Of a stretch of DNA of 64,000 nucleotides, positions 10,343 to 20,844 are shown piece after piece. Origin of the DNA: Gemmatimonadota bacterium. GTDB taxonomy: Bacteria; Gemmatimonadota; Gemmatimonadetes; Gemmatimonadales; GWC2-71-9. Under the pieces are notes generated by a model that was not told the DNA's origin, ran no database searches, and saw only the letters and a program-made list of their open reading frames with translations. The translations under genes and the position numbers were made by a program. Location: NCBI GenBank assembly GCA_036679645.1, contig JAZDCY010000028.1, positions 23,506 to 87,505 of the forward strand. The letters are read 5' to 3'. Numbering within the stretch: position 1 is the stretch's first letter; every line of letters begins with the position of its first letter.

Positions 10343-10528
10343 TTAGCGGGCCAGCAGCCCCGCTGCCACGCCGAATGGAATAACGATGTACAGCACGACA
10401 TCACGGATCAGATAGAACACGACGAACATCGCCACGAGCTTCCAGCCGCGTTTCCGCACCAATCCCGACCAACCGAACATCCGCCGCTCATCGCGCAGCG
10501 TTCGGATAAAGGCTCTGACCCGCTTCAT
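10343..10528 (-). CDS. Small basic membrane protein (61 aa)
   Basis: Basic N-terminus and TM segment 'FVVFYLIRDVVLYIVIP'; TATCTT -10 box 6 nt before ATG. Confidence 0.6.
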   Translation of the reverse strand: MKRVRAFIRTLRDERRMFGWSGLVRKRGWKLVAMFVVFYLIRDVVLYIVIPFGVAAGLLAR

Positions 10529-10598
10529 GAAAGCAAGATAACGCAACGGGGCGCGCTCGGAAGCGCGCCCCGCGAGAGCGCCAAGGAGCTGATCTCGC

Positions 10599-13094
10599 TC
10601 ACCCGCACTCGCTATAGCCACACAAGTGGCATTTCACGCAGCCCTCCGCGAACTCCAGCTGTGAGCCGCAATCGGGACAGGCGCCTGCATGCTGGTCGGC
10701 ATCGAAGGCTCGGGACGACATCAGTTCGCCCTGCATGCCCTCGAACGGACGCAGCTCCGATGGCACCGGCGCGCTGGTCTGGTCTTGCGCGGGGTCGAGG
10801 AGATCCTGTTGCACGCCCTGTTTGTCGTGCATCCACCGTTCGATGGCGATGCCGATGGCATCGGGGACCGATAGGACCTTGTGGGGACCGAGCCCGGTGA
10901 CACGATCGGACGAGATACCACGCAGCTGGCGGTGGACTTCGGTGAGCGGAATCCCCGAGCGGAGTGCAAGCGAGATCAACCGACCGATTGCCTCTACGTC
11001 CGCCATCAGTGCGCCACCGGCCTTGCCGAGGCTCATGAACACCTCGAACGGTTGACCGCGGTCGTCCTCGGTGATCGTGACGTACATCGTGCCGAGCGGC
11101 GTTTCGACTCGGCGAGTTGATCCCTTCAGGAGGTCGGGGCGCGAGCGCTTCCGCCGGCGTTGCAGGTTCTCGGATTCCACGACGTGGAGTTGCTGCTTCG
11201 TGCGGGTGAGTTCGGCCTCGAGCTCAGCTATGGTCGCCTTGAGATCCGCGACACCGGCCGGTGTCGATGACTCATCGTCCGTCCCGCTCTGCTCACGCAC
11301 CTTCTTCGCCGTGCTGCCGGCCGAGAGCACCTGCATGTCCCGGCTCCCGTCACGGTACACGGTGACACCCTTGCAGCCGAGCTCGAACGCCAGTTCGTAG
11401 ATCTGCCGCACGTCCTCTTCGGTGGCGTCGTTCGGGAAGTTGCAGGTCTTGCTGATGGCGGAATCGGTGAAGTCCTGGAAAGCGGCCTGCATTCGGATGT
11501 GCCAATCAGGAGTCACATCGTGCGCGGTCACGAACACACGCTGCCATTTCTCCGGCACGTCGTCGAAATGGATGTGTCCCTCTTCGCCGATCCGCGCCAT
11601 GAGTGCGTCACTGTGCCATCCCTCGCGCCTGGCAATGGCGATGAAATTCTCATTCACATCCGGCATGAGCGTACCGGCTTGGTTGCGCATGAACGCCACC
11701 GCGAACAACGGTTCGATCCCGGACGAGCACCCTGCGATAATAGAGATCGTCCCGGTGGGCGCCACCGTCGTGAGATTGCAGTTGCGCAGGCGGCGCTCCG
11801 GCCGGACCCGCTCCCCGTTGGAAGCTCGGGCGCACCGGTCATCCGGCCCCCAGATACTCTCCTTCCACGCCGGGAATACGCCACGTTGCTCGGCCAATCG
11901 CTCGCTCTCTACCTTCGCCTCGTCGTCGACGAAACGCATGAGCTTGCCGCCAAACGCGACGGCCTCCTCGGAGTCGTACGGGATACTCAACTGCACGAGG
12001 AGATCCGCCCACCCCATAATCCCCAACCCGATACGCCTGATCTGCTGCGCGAGATCGGTGATCTCGGGCAACGGATACTTGTTGGCGTCAATGACGTTGT
12101 CCAGGAAATGCGTGCAGAGGTAGATCGTCCGCCGCAGGTTCTCCCAATCCATCTCGCCGTTCTTTGCGAAGGCAGCGACGTTGATGGATCCGAGGTTGCA
12201 CACGTCGTAGGACAGCAGCGGCTGCTCACCGCACGGATTGGTCGCTTCGTAGGCGCCGAGTTGCGGAACCGGGTTGAAGTGATTGGCCCTGTCGATGAAG
12301 AAAACCCCGGGCTCTCCGGTCTTCCATGCGCCGCGAACGATCTGAGCAAACACGTCGCGAGCGTCGAGGCGACCCATCTCGTCACCCGTACGCGGGTGCA
12401 CGACGGCGTAGTCGCGCCCGGCGCGGACCGCATCCATGAACGCGTCGGTGACCGCGACCGAGATATTGAAGTTGGTGATCTTGGTGGTGTCGTCTTTGCA
12501 CGTTATGAACGCGAGGATATCGGGGTGGTCGACGCGCAGAATGCCCATGTTGGCACCACGCCGCGTTCCGCCCTGCTTCACCACGTCCGTAGAAGAGTCG
12601 TACAACGACATGAACGAGATGGGCCCCGACGCCACCCCCATGGTCGAGCGAACGACGTCGTTCGTCGGACGGAGACGGGAGAAGCTGAAGCCGGTGCCGC
12701 CGCCCGACTGATGCACGAGCGCCATGTCGCGCAGCGTGTCGTATATGCCACTCGTGTCATTCGACAGCGCGTCATCGACCGGCAGAACGAAACACGCCGA
12801 CAGCTGCCCCAGCGGACGGCCAGCGTTCATGAGTGTCGGACTGTTCGGCATCCAAACGCGCGACGCCATGAGATCGTAGAACGCCTCGGCGACCGTCTCG
12901 ACCGCCCCTGCACTGGCGCCGTAGCCAGCATCGGGTGCCGCGATCGTGCGCGCGACCCGCCAGAAGAGCTCCTCGGGTTCCTCGACCGGCTCACCGCGCT
13001 CGTCCTTGATGAGATACCGGCGTTTGAGAACGGTATGCGCGTTGTCGCTCAGCGCGAGCGGTGAACCTCTGTCGGAGTCACCCGAACGTCCCAT
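10599..13094 (-). CDS. nrdJ: Vitamin B12-dependent (class II) ribonucleotide reductase with C-terminal TSCPD-type domain and zinc ribbon
   Basis: 'PNSPTLMNAG..LSAC', 'ATNPCGEQPL', 'APTGTIS', 'CKGVTVYRDGSR', 'SVPDA', terminal 'CPDCG...C..CGYSEC'. Confidence 0.93.
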   Translation of the reverse strand: MGRSGDSDRGSPLALSDNAHTVLKRRYLIKDERGEPVEEPEELFWRVARTIAAPDAGYGASAGAVETVAEAFYDLMASRVWMPNSPTLMNAGRPLGQLSACFVLPVDDALSNDTSGIYDTLRDMALVHQSGGGTGFSFSRLRPTNDVVRSTMGVASGPISFMSLYDSSTDVVKQGGTRRGANMGILRVDHPDILAFITCKDDTTKITNFNISVAVTDAFMDAVRAGRDYAVVHPRTGDEMGRLDARDVFAQIVRGAWKTGEPGVFFIDRANHFNPVPQLGAYEATNPCGEQPLLSYDVCNLGSINVAAFAKNGEMDWENLRRTIYLCTHFLDNVIDANKYPLPEITDLAQQIRRIGLGIMGWADLLVQLSIPYDSEEAVAFGGKLMRFVDDEAKVESERLAEQRGVFPAWKESIWGPDDRCARASNGERVRPERRLRNCNLTTVAPTGTISIIAGCSSGIEPLFAVAFMRNQAGTLMPDVNENFIAIARREGWHSDALMARIGEEGHIHFDDVPEKWQRVFVTAHDVTPDWHIRMQAAFQDFTDSAISKTCNFPNDATEEDVRQIYELAFELGCKGVTVYRDGSRDMQVLSAGSTAKKVREQSGTDDESSTPAGVADLKATIAELEAELTRTKQQLHVVESENLQRRRKRSRPDLLKGSTRRVETPLGTMYVTITEDDRGQPFEVFMSLGKAGGALMADVEAIGRLISLALRSGIPLTEVHRQLRGISSDRVTGLGPHKVLSVPDAIGIAIERWMHDKQGVQQDLLDPAQDQTSAPVPSELRPFEGMQGELMSSRAFDADQHAGACPDCGSQLEFAEGCVKCHLCGYSECG

Positions 13095-13266
13095 ACCGGC
13101 CTCGTCTCTCCAGGGCTGAGATGGCTGCTATTTGTGGATCTTGCGCGCCGTGGGGTGATCGCCGAAGCGTGCGCCGGAAGCGCGGGGTGACAAGGTAGGA
13201 GAGCCCGTGATCCCACGCAAGTCTGACACAAAGACCACACGCCACCGGCCTTCCCATTTGTCAACA

Positions 13267-13782
13267 TCACATATCTGTAGTCGATGCTCCGCTGTGTCTC
13301 GGGACCGCGCCAGACCGATGCCGGCGGGCTTCCCGCACATAGTGCTCCCAGGTCTGCCGCATCCGGTCGACCTCGGCCGCGGTCACGTCGCGGGCCACAC
13401 GGCCGGGCACACCTACCACGAGTGATCCCGGGGGGATTCGTGTGCCTTCGCGCACTACCGCCCCCGCCGCAACGAGCGATCCCGTGCCGACGTGGACGCC
13501 GTTCAGCAGAACCGCCCCCATGCCGATGAGCGATTCGTCCTCCACGGTACAGCCGTGCAAAATAGCCCGATGTCCGACCGCGACCCGCCGCCCAATGGTG
13601 CACGGCACGCCCGCATCGACATGGATCATCGTGAGGTCCTGAATGTTCGTCTCGTCGCCGATGGTAATCGGTGCCATGTCTCCGCGCACGACGCAGTTGT
13701 ACCAGATGGACGCGTCGCGGCCCAGCGAAACGTCGCCAAGCACTACGGCGCCCGCCGCGACGAAGGCTGATGGGTGAATCAG
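13267..13782 (-). CDS. Gamma carbonic anhydrase family (YrdA/CaiE-like hexapeptide repeat) protein
   Basis: 'IHPSAFVA.GA.V.GDV.LG..ASIW...V.RGD', 'TNIQD...IH', 'GH.AILHGC'; homology extends upstream of the first canonical start (13743), so the start is uncertain. Confidence 0.88.
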   Translation of the reverse strand: MIHPSAFVAAGAVVLGDVSLGRDASIWYNCVVRGDMAPITIGDETNIQDLTMIHVDAGVPCTIGRRVAVGHRAILHGCTVEDESLIGMGAVLLNGVHVGTGSLVAAGAVVREGTRIPPGSLVVGVPGRVARDVTAAEVDRMRQTWEHYVREARRHRSGAVPRHSGASTTDM

Positions 13783-13790
13783 CGACGTGG

Positions 13791-15761
13791 CTACTGGCGC
13801 CGAGCGGGACGGAACACGACCTGGAACCAGGCATCCACCGGCTGCCCGTTCAGCGTCGCGGGCTGGTAGCTCTGCGTAAGCGCGTACTGCATGGCAAGCA
13901 GGGTGAACCCGGCGTCGCTCGAGGGGCGTGCCGGCGACCGGCTGTCCGCCTTCCCGCTGGCGCGCACACGTACCCAGAGAATCACCTGCGTGGGATCGGC
14001 ACCTACCGACGCGTCCAGCGGAACGGACGGATCTCCGAGCAGACGCGGGAGGACGTCAAAGCACCCGCGGTTCAAGTTGTAGTTATTCTGGGTCGGGGTC
14101 GCACATTGCGCTGTCGGACGCGGACGCGGGGGCGGCGACGGTTCCGGTTCCGCTGCCTGCTCGGGTTCGACCCGCTCGAGCGACACGGACAGTCTGGCCG
14201 TATCGCCGCGACCCACAGAGACAAACTCCGACTGCGGCTCGTATCCGTCCGCCTCGACGACGACCCGATGAGAGCCCATCTCGACTCGTATCGTGTTCCG
14301 ATTGTAGGTCGTACCGTCCACCCCGAAGCTCGCCCCGTGCGGGGCGCCCCGCACGATCACCCAGCCGCTGTCGGGGAGTGCCGGCCGAACCCGCGCGGCA
14401 CCCGCGGTATCGGCTACACCGGCGGAATCGGAAAGGGTGAGCGAGTCGGCCAGCGCCCGGAGCAGCGAATCTGGCGGCGTGGTGGACGCCAGCGTCGTGT
14501 CGAGCATCGGATTGGAGACCAATCCCACGGTCTGCACGTGGTTCGTGTAGTACCAGTACCCGCCGTACCCGCCACCACCCAACAGCACGACCAGGCTGGC
14601 CGCCACCAACCCACCCCGACGTTTCTTCCGCCTCTCTGGGGGTGGCGGGAGCGGCTCGGCACGCGGCATGGGTGTGGTCGGGGTGCTCGGGCGCTCCGCC
14701 TGACTGGTCGGCTGGCGGTCCACATGACCCGACGCGGCGGCCGCCTGCTGCCGCTCCACGGCGCTCAAGGCTACGGTTGGGGCACTTGCCACATCCGCCG
14801 AACGGTCCCGGGCGGCGGCGGTCCCGTGCTCGAGTTCCGCGACCAGGTCTTCCGCACTCTGGTACCGGTCATCCGGAGATTTTGCCATCATCCGGCGGAT
14901 GACCTGGAACACCTGCCGCTGTTCACCCGACTGCAGGGGCGGCTCTTCCAACTCTTCCATGATGTGCTTGTAGCCGATCGAGAACGCGTCCTCCCCGTCA
15001 AACGGGACCCGTCCTGTCAGGCACTGGTAGCCCACTACGCCTAGCGAGTAGATGTCCGAGCGGCCGTCGAGTGACTGAGCGCGCGCCTGTTCCGGGCTCA
15101 TGTAGTGGGGCGTGCCAATCGACATCCCCGTTCCCGTGAGGCGAGTTCCGGAGGCCGCCTTGGCGATACCAAAGTCTGTGACGATGGCGTGGCCGAGCTC
15201 GTCGTACATGATGTTGTCGGGCTTCATATCGCGATGCACGATCCCGTGCTTGTGCGCGTAGCCCAGCCCCGACGCGGTCTGGATCAGGAGTCGGCGAATG
15301 TCTTCCGGTGGAACGGTCCCTTTCTGCTCGATGACTTCCGAGAGGGATTGTCCCCGCAAGAACTTCATCACGAAGAAGATCACACGACCTGATTTGCCGA
15401 CCCGGTAGATAGGAATGATGTTGGGATGCTCGAGCCGCGCGGAGGTGCGCGCCTCCCTCTGAAACCGCTCGACGAATTCCGCGTCGAAGGCGAGCGAAAA
15501 CGGCAGAACCTTGATTGCCACTTCGCGATCGAGATGCTTGTCGCGGGCCCGGTAGACGATTGCCATCCCGCCCCGACCCAGCTCTTGGAGTAGTTCGTAC
15601 TCCTCGGCTAGCGCCTCACCGACGAGATCGGCTTCGGTCTTCTCCGCCGTATCCGAAGTGGTGACACGGCCGAGCGGCGTCTGCGTACCGAGATCGAGTC
15701 CGCACGACGGACAAAACTTGCCATTTTCTTGGACCTCAGTCCCGCAGCGCGAACAGAACAC
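13791..15761 (-). CDS. Hanks-type Ser/Thr kinase: zinc ribbon, kinase, TM, PEGA-like and TonB-C-like domains
   Basis: 'GRGGMAIVY', 'HRDMKPDN', 'DFGIAK', 'GTPHYMSPE'; TM 'LVAASLVVLLGGGGYGGYWYY'; C-terminal 'YQPATLNGQPVDAW'. Confidence 0.92.
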   Translation of the reverse strand: MFCSRCGTEVQENGKFCPSCGLDLGTQTPLGRVTTSDTAEKTEADLVGEALAEEYELLQELGRGGMAIVYRARDKHLDREVAIKVLPFSLAFDAEFVERFQREARTSARLEHPNIIPIYRVGKSGRVIFFVMKFLRGQSLSEVIEQKGTVPPEDIRRLLIQTASGLGYAHKHGIVHRDMKPDNIMYDELGHAIVTDFGIAKAASGTRLTGTGMSIGTPHYMSPEQARAQSLDGRSDIYSLGVVGYQCLTGRVPFDGEDAFSIGYKHIMEELEEPPLQSGEQRQVFQVIRRMMAKSPDDRYQSAEDLVAELEHGTAAARDRSADVASAPTVALSAVERQQAAAASGHVDRQPTSQAERPSTPTTPMPRAEPLPPPPERRKKRRGGLVAASLVVLLGGGGYGGYWYYTNHVQTVGLVSNPMLDTTLASTTPPDSLLRALADSLTLSDSAGVADTAGAARVRPALPDSGWVIVRGAPHGASFGVDGTTYNRNTIRVEMGSHRVVVEADGYEPQSEFVSVGRGDTARLSVSLERVEPEQAAEPEPSPPPRPRPTAQCATPTQNNYNLNRGCFDVLPRLLGDPSVPLDASVGADPTQVILWVRVRASGKADSRSPARPSSDAGFTLLAMQYALTQSYQPATLNGQPVDAWFQVVFRPARRQ

Positions 15762-15987
15762 GCGGATTACTCCCTGCTATCGGCCAAATTGGCCGTACGC
15801 CAAAACAGTGTCAAGCGATGACTTGAACGGTACGCCAATCGCCGGGCTGAGCGTGTGACCAACCTCACCGTGCCCTTAACGAAAGCTACACCAGGCGCAC
15901 CACCCCAGAGCGTCGGTTCGAGGGCTCGGGAGTGTGAGCCAGCCTCGGGAGGCACTATCGGCTGATACCCGACACGCGCCGACGGCA

Positions 15988-18855
15988 CTAGAACGAGGCT
16001 CCCACCGAGAGATAGCCCCGCGACGAGCCCCGCTGGACCCCCAGGCCATCGACGAGCGGGAGACCGATACCACCGCGCAGCCGGACAGGGGTGTCGTACC
16101 CCGCAATGAGATCGAGCACGACCTCCGCGCCAACGTCACGAAACGTGGTGAGCCTGGCGCGCTCGCCGGCTCGCCATCCACCGCCCGCCTCTGCGAACAG
16201 GGCGAGCGACACGCGATCAAGTCCAATGGGCAGTTGCCACAGGCCACGTGCCACCAGCAGCACGGGCACGCGCAACTCGACAATCTGGGTCACCGCGCGG
16301 GTAAAGCGCTCGCGACTCACGGGATACCCCCGCAGGGGGAACGTTCGCCGTGAGCCGCCGACCCCCACGCCGGGGATCAACTCGAAGGTCTCGCTAGAAG
16401 CCCCGCCGAGCGCGAACGTCGTGATGACCCCACCGGTCGCGAGTGCCCCACGCACCCTGGCCGCCAGGACCCAGTGCGCGAACCCCGGCAGAGGCAGCGC
16501 GCGGAACCCTCTGAGACTGGCTCGCCACTCGTTACCGGTTTCGGGGCCGTCGAGCACCCACCGGCGGCGGTAGAGAACGCTCAGGGATGCCCCGTCCTCG
16601 AGAGACACTGCGAGCGGCGGCCGGCGCGCATGGCCGGCACTCGCGGTGACCACCAGGGCTACCACCGTCGGATTGCGAAACGTGAACCCCAACGGAGACG
16701 ATCCGTCGTTTACCAGAACGTCTTGCTCGACCTCTCCCCCGACCCGAGCCGACGCGGATGAGCGCCATTGCCGCCAACGCCAGGACAGCCCCGTACTTAC
16801 AAAACGCTCGCGCAGCGCCAGCGGCACCGTGTCGCCAGCGGTCGTTTCCGCGAATCCCCCTGCTCTCCATGTCTGCGCGGCGCCGGCATCGATCGCGAAC
16901 CGGCGCCAACGCGAGTAGCGGCTCGCCAGGCTCGCTTCCCACCGGCCCCGATTGGGAGCATGCGACACTGTAAGACCGTAGGAGATGCGACCTATGGCAT
17001 CACTTGCACCGGTCTGCGCGCCAAGGTAACGCCCGGCCCGCCCCTCACCGTGCGAGACGGGAATCCAGTACCGTGGCAGGAGCGCCGGCCAGGGATTGTA
17101 GCCGCCCTGAGTCACGGCAACCTCCGGCGCGGGCACAACAGGGGTGGTCGTCGGTCCGGGGCGATGAAGAGCGGGCACTGCGTGTGTCGTTGACACGACC
17201 ACGACGGCGTACCCGTCGGCGAGCATGGTGGAGTACACGAGCGCCCCGGCATCGATCACCTGGGGCTCACGGGCCCCCGTCGGCACTCGCGTCAGTTGTT
17301 CGAGCGTGCCTTCGAGCGGATCGTAGCCGAAAACCTGCGGGACGCCGAGGCGCTCTGACGCGAACACCAACTGGCCATTGGGCGTCCAGGACGGATCCTC
17401 ATCACGCGGGGCGTCGTCCGTGACCAAGACCGTATCTGTCGGCGTCTCCGAGCGCCACAGAATGATGTCCCACCGTCCGCGCGCATGCCGCGCCGCCGCG
17501 ACCCATCGCCCATCGGGCGACGCCGCGAGCCGTCCCCAGTCGTCGCCATGAGGCGCGGCGAGCGTGTCGACCTCCGACCCGGCTCGGAGCCGCACGAGGG
17601 AGCTGGTGCCGCTCCCTGAGGCGACCAGCACCAGGCCGCCGTCCTCGAGCAGCGACGGGGTCTCGAGCCGCCCGCCCCACGTCACGCGCTGCCACGTAAC
17701 GCCGGGCACCCAGCGATACAGGTCACTGCGAATCTCGACCGGCGACGTGAAGCCGAGTTGCGTGACGTAGACCGTGTCACCACGCCACGCCAGGTCTACC
17801 GCGCCGTTGACCGAATGACGCGCCACCGCGCGGGCGGCTTTGAGATCGTATACCACCACCCGCGCGGTCTCGCGATCGCCCCGGTGCACGAATGCCAGCC
17901 GTTGGCGGTCCTCGGCCACGGCAATGCGCGGCGGGCTCCGCATGCCACGGGCAATGACCCGGTCGAACCCGTCTCCCTCCCCACTGCCTCCCCCTCCCCG
18001 CTCATCCGGGCGCCACCGGTCTCGGAGCTGGGTCCACGCATCCGCAAGTCCCGTGGCACCCGCGGCACGGAGCGGGCCGGACAGCGCGATTGGCCAGACC
18101 TGTCGAGACGAGCGATCGACGAAGCCGGGAACCGCCGTGTCGCCGTACGTTTCCGCGACGAGTTGGAAGAACCGCGATCCCCACGCGTAGGGGCCAAAGC
18201 CGGCGGGCCATATCGGGCTCGCGAACGTGATGGTGTTGGGTCCGGGCCACGCACGTGCCGCTCGCGCGGCCAGCAGTTGGCCGTGGAATCCACCGCGCAG
18301 TCGTCCCGCGGTCGTGAACCGCGACTCGTAGTAGGTAGCGAGCCCCTCAGTCACCCATGAGGGTTGATACGCGTTGGGAAAGAGCGCGGGATTGCGTCCG
18401 AACACGTAACGCGCCAGCCGCCACACGCCGTCCGCCCGATTCAGATGGAAAACGTGTGTCAGTTCGTGCACGGTGACCATGCGGAGCCAGTCGTCGTACA
18501 CGCCGAGCGAAATGTCCGTTGACGGCGCCGCGAGAAAGAGCGCGATCCGGTTGCTGGGAAAAACTCGCGTGAACCCGTTGGAGGCATCGACGTTGTCGAA
18601 GAGCGCGATGTCGGTGCGGTGACCCGGCGGGCGCAACTCGCGGGAAAGGAGCACGTATGCGCGTTCGGCTTCGCGAATCGTCCGCGTTGCGAATGACGCG
18701 AGTTCGCGACGCGCGTGCACGCGGAAATGTTCCGAGGTCCACGTTTGCCACGCACCCGACGGGTCCTGTTGGGCGCGCCCCGCTCCCGGACACAACGCCA
18801 AGGCCAGCCCTATCCCGAGGACGGCACTCCACATTGGGCGGATGTGCATCGTCAC
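15988..18855 (-). CDS. Large outer-membrane protein: gluzincin-like HExxH domain, TolB-like propeller, BamA/TamA-like barrel
   Basis: Signal peptide; 'HELTH...WVTEGLATYYE'; PD40-like 'SPDGRWVA' and 'PSWTPNG'; 'FPLRGYP' and terminal Phe; GTGA overlap with amidase stop. Confidence 0.75.
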   Translation of the reverse strand: MTMHIRPMWSAVLGIGLALALCPGAGRAQQDPSGAWQTWTSEHFRVHARRELASFATRTIREAERAYVLLSRELRPPGHRTDIALFDNVDASNGFTRVFPSNRIALFLAAPSTDISLGVYDDWLRMVTVHELTHVFHLNRADGVWRLARYVFGRNPALFPNAYQPSWVTEGLATYYESRFTTAGRLRGGFHGQLLAARAARAWPGPNTITFASPIWPAGFGPYAWGSRFFQLVAETYGDTAVPGFVDRSSRQVWPIALSGPLRAAGATGLADAWTQLRDRWRPDERGGGGSGEGDGFDRVIARGMRSPPRIAVAEDRQRLAFVHRGDRETARVVVYDLKAARAVARHSVNGAVDLAWRGDTVYVTQLGFTSPVEIRSDLYRWVPGVTWQRVTWGGRLETPSLLEDGGLVLVASGSGTSSLVRLRAGSEVDTLAAPHGDDWGRLAASPDGRWVAAARHARGRWDIILWRSETPTDTVLVTDDAPRDEDPSWTPNGQLVFASERLGVPQVFGYDPLEGTLEQLTRVPTGAREPQVIDAGALVYSTMLADGYAVVVVSTTHAVPALHRPGPTTTPVVPAPEVAVTQGGYNPWPALLPRYWIPVSHGEGRAGRYLGAQTGASDAIGRISYGLTVSHAPNRGRWEASLASRYSRWRRFAIDAGAAQTWRAGGFAETTAGDTVPLALRERFVSTGLSWRWRQWRSSASARVGGEVEQDVLVNDGSSPLGFTFRNPTVVALVVTASAGHARRPPLAVSLEDGASLSVLYRRRWVLDGPETGNEWRASLRGFRALPLPGFAHWVLAARVRGALATGGVITTFALGGASSETFELIPGVGVGGSRRTFPLRGYPVSRERFTRAVTQIVELRVPVLLVARGLWQLPIGLDRVSLALFAEAGGGWRAGERARLTTFRDVGAEVVLDLIAGYDTPVRLRGGIGLPLVDGLGVQRGSSRGYLSVGASF

Positions 18856-20718
18856 CGACCGCGGGCGCGCTCCCGCAGAAACGCTGCTATCCCCTCGACC
18901 AGACCACGCGCGTAGCGTTCCTGCCCCGCTGGGCTGGCGAGCATCGCCTCCTGCTCCGGCACCATCATGAAGAGCCCCTCGGTGAGCACCGCGGGCATCC
19001 ACGTCGGTCGAGCGAGTGCCAGGTCGCCGCGTCCGATACCGAGATCCCGGGCACCAAACTGCCGCACTAGTGCACGGTCGATCGCACGTGCCAGGGGAGC
19101 GCTGCGCGGATGGAAGTAGTAGACGCTGGTACCGCTGTTCACGAAGGGATTCACGCCATCGGGCAGTGCGTTGGCATGAATCGAGACGAGCAGATCCGCA
19201 TTGGCGGCTTCGGCACGGGCGGGCCGCTCAGAGAGCCCGACCGGGAGCGTATCTTCTCGCAGCAGGACCACGCGGGCACCACGTGCTTCCAGCATGGCCC
19301 TCGCGCGTCGCGCAACCGCGAGCACGACATCGCCTTCGTACTGCCGCGTCGGTCCGGTCGCACCTCCTGGCGGGTGCCCGGGATCGAGCGCAATCAGGAG
19401 TCCCGTGAGCGGAGCCTCCTCGTCGAGCGGCGGGGGTCGGCGGATCTCGAACAGCAGATCGTTGCCGTCGCGCCGCGTGCGGTATCCCCACACGGACTGC
19501 GCGAGATCGACGGTAATCACCGTCTCGTCTTCGGCAGAAGCGTGGAAGGCAATCAGCCGGACGAACGGATCGGTCCCCCCATACTGGATCCAATCGGCGT
19601 TGGCGGAGACACCATAGACCGTGAGGGCGAGCTGTCGATCCCGCTCGTCGATGCGAAACGGCACCGGACCCGGCAACGGGACCCGAAGCGTCACCGACCG
19701 GTCGCCTGGGTACAGGCGCATTGACTGGGTCGTCCCCCGCACCGGCGGAGTACCCGGACGTAGAGGCTGGACATCGGTGGCATTCACCCAGGCAACCGAA
19801 GCCCGTGAGAGTTGGAGCCGGACTTGGCCGTTCCAACGGCCGCTAACCGGAACGACGGTACCGTTGGGAAAAAACCAGTGATAGGTCGCGTACGGTGCGG
19901 GGCGTCCGGCCACGATTCCATCGGTCTGCCCGGTCGCCGCGGTATCGTCGTTGACAACGGCCATGGGCGGCGGGTGCGTGTCGACGGTTCCGAGGCGGAG
20001 CGGCCAGCGGGAGGACGTGTCCCGGATCGGGACCCAGCGGGCCGCTCCACCAGGCAACATACCGATCAGCCTGGCGCGGTTCCGGCGATGGTTGACCTGT
20101 GCCAAAAGCGCGTTCCCCCCACGAGACGCTTTCGGCTACACGCTCCGGGAGAAATGCGACATGCCTGCCATCGGTCAAAGTCAACGTCACGCGCGCGCCG
20201 GGCGTCGCGCGCACCACGAGGCGAACACCCTCGTCGGGCCGCACCCAGCGGTCGCCCGTGGGCAGAAATGACGTCGTGTCGATCCAGGCTCCACTATCGG
20301 GCGGGACGAACGAACGCGGTAGCGACGCGAGGAACTCGTAGCGGACATCTGTACCGGCGGCTGACGCGACGATCTCGAACGCCGCAACGGTGTCCTCCGG
20401 CAGGGGGACCCAGGCCAACCACGCCCCGTTGGGAAAGACGGGTACCGCGAAACCGTTTATCGCAAGAGTGGCATCGCCTCTGCCAAGTGAGCCGAAGAGA
20501 AACGTGGAGTCGCGGGCGGTGACTGGAGCCACGGTGCGCGGGACCGGCGTCGTGTCGACGACGGGGGGGTACACGAGGTCGATGCGGAGCGGGCCGGTCG
20601 TATCAGCCGGCGGCGCCGGCAGCGGGTCCAGCGAACGCCCTGAACCAGCCGTGGCGCAGCCGGACGCGAAGGCAGCGCCCAGAACGGTCCCAATCACCAG
20701 CCTCCGCGCATCGTGCAT
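18852..20718 (-). pseudogene. N-acetylmuramoyl-L-alanine amidase (Amidase_3) lipoprotein, split by a frameshift near 20010
   Basis: 5' ORF has lipobox 'FASGC'; 3' ORF has 'IALDPGH', 'LVSIHANA', 'PAVLTE'; the frame changes at ...GPDPGHVL / RWPLRLG. Confidence 0.8.
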
Positions 20719-20844
20719 GGGCGGCGGAAGCTACACTGTTTCAACAACCTACGTCAATTTCAGGACTGGTTGACCCGCCATTTTACGGGGTGTAGATTGG
20801 GCGGCGTCTTTCCTTTTCCAGATTTAGAGGGAGTTGCTTCCCGC

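Noticed and set aside
13120..13285. Possible NrdR boxes or cobalamin riboswitch upstream of nrdJ
   Set aside because: AT-rich candidates match the NrdR consensus poorly, and no B12-box motif is visible.
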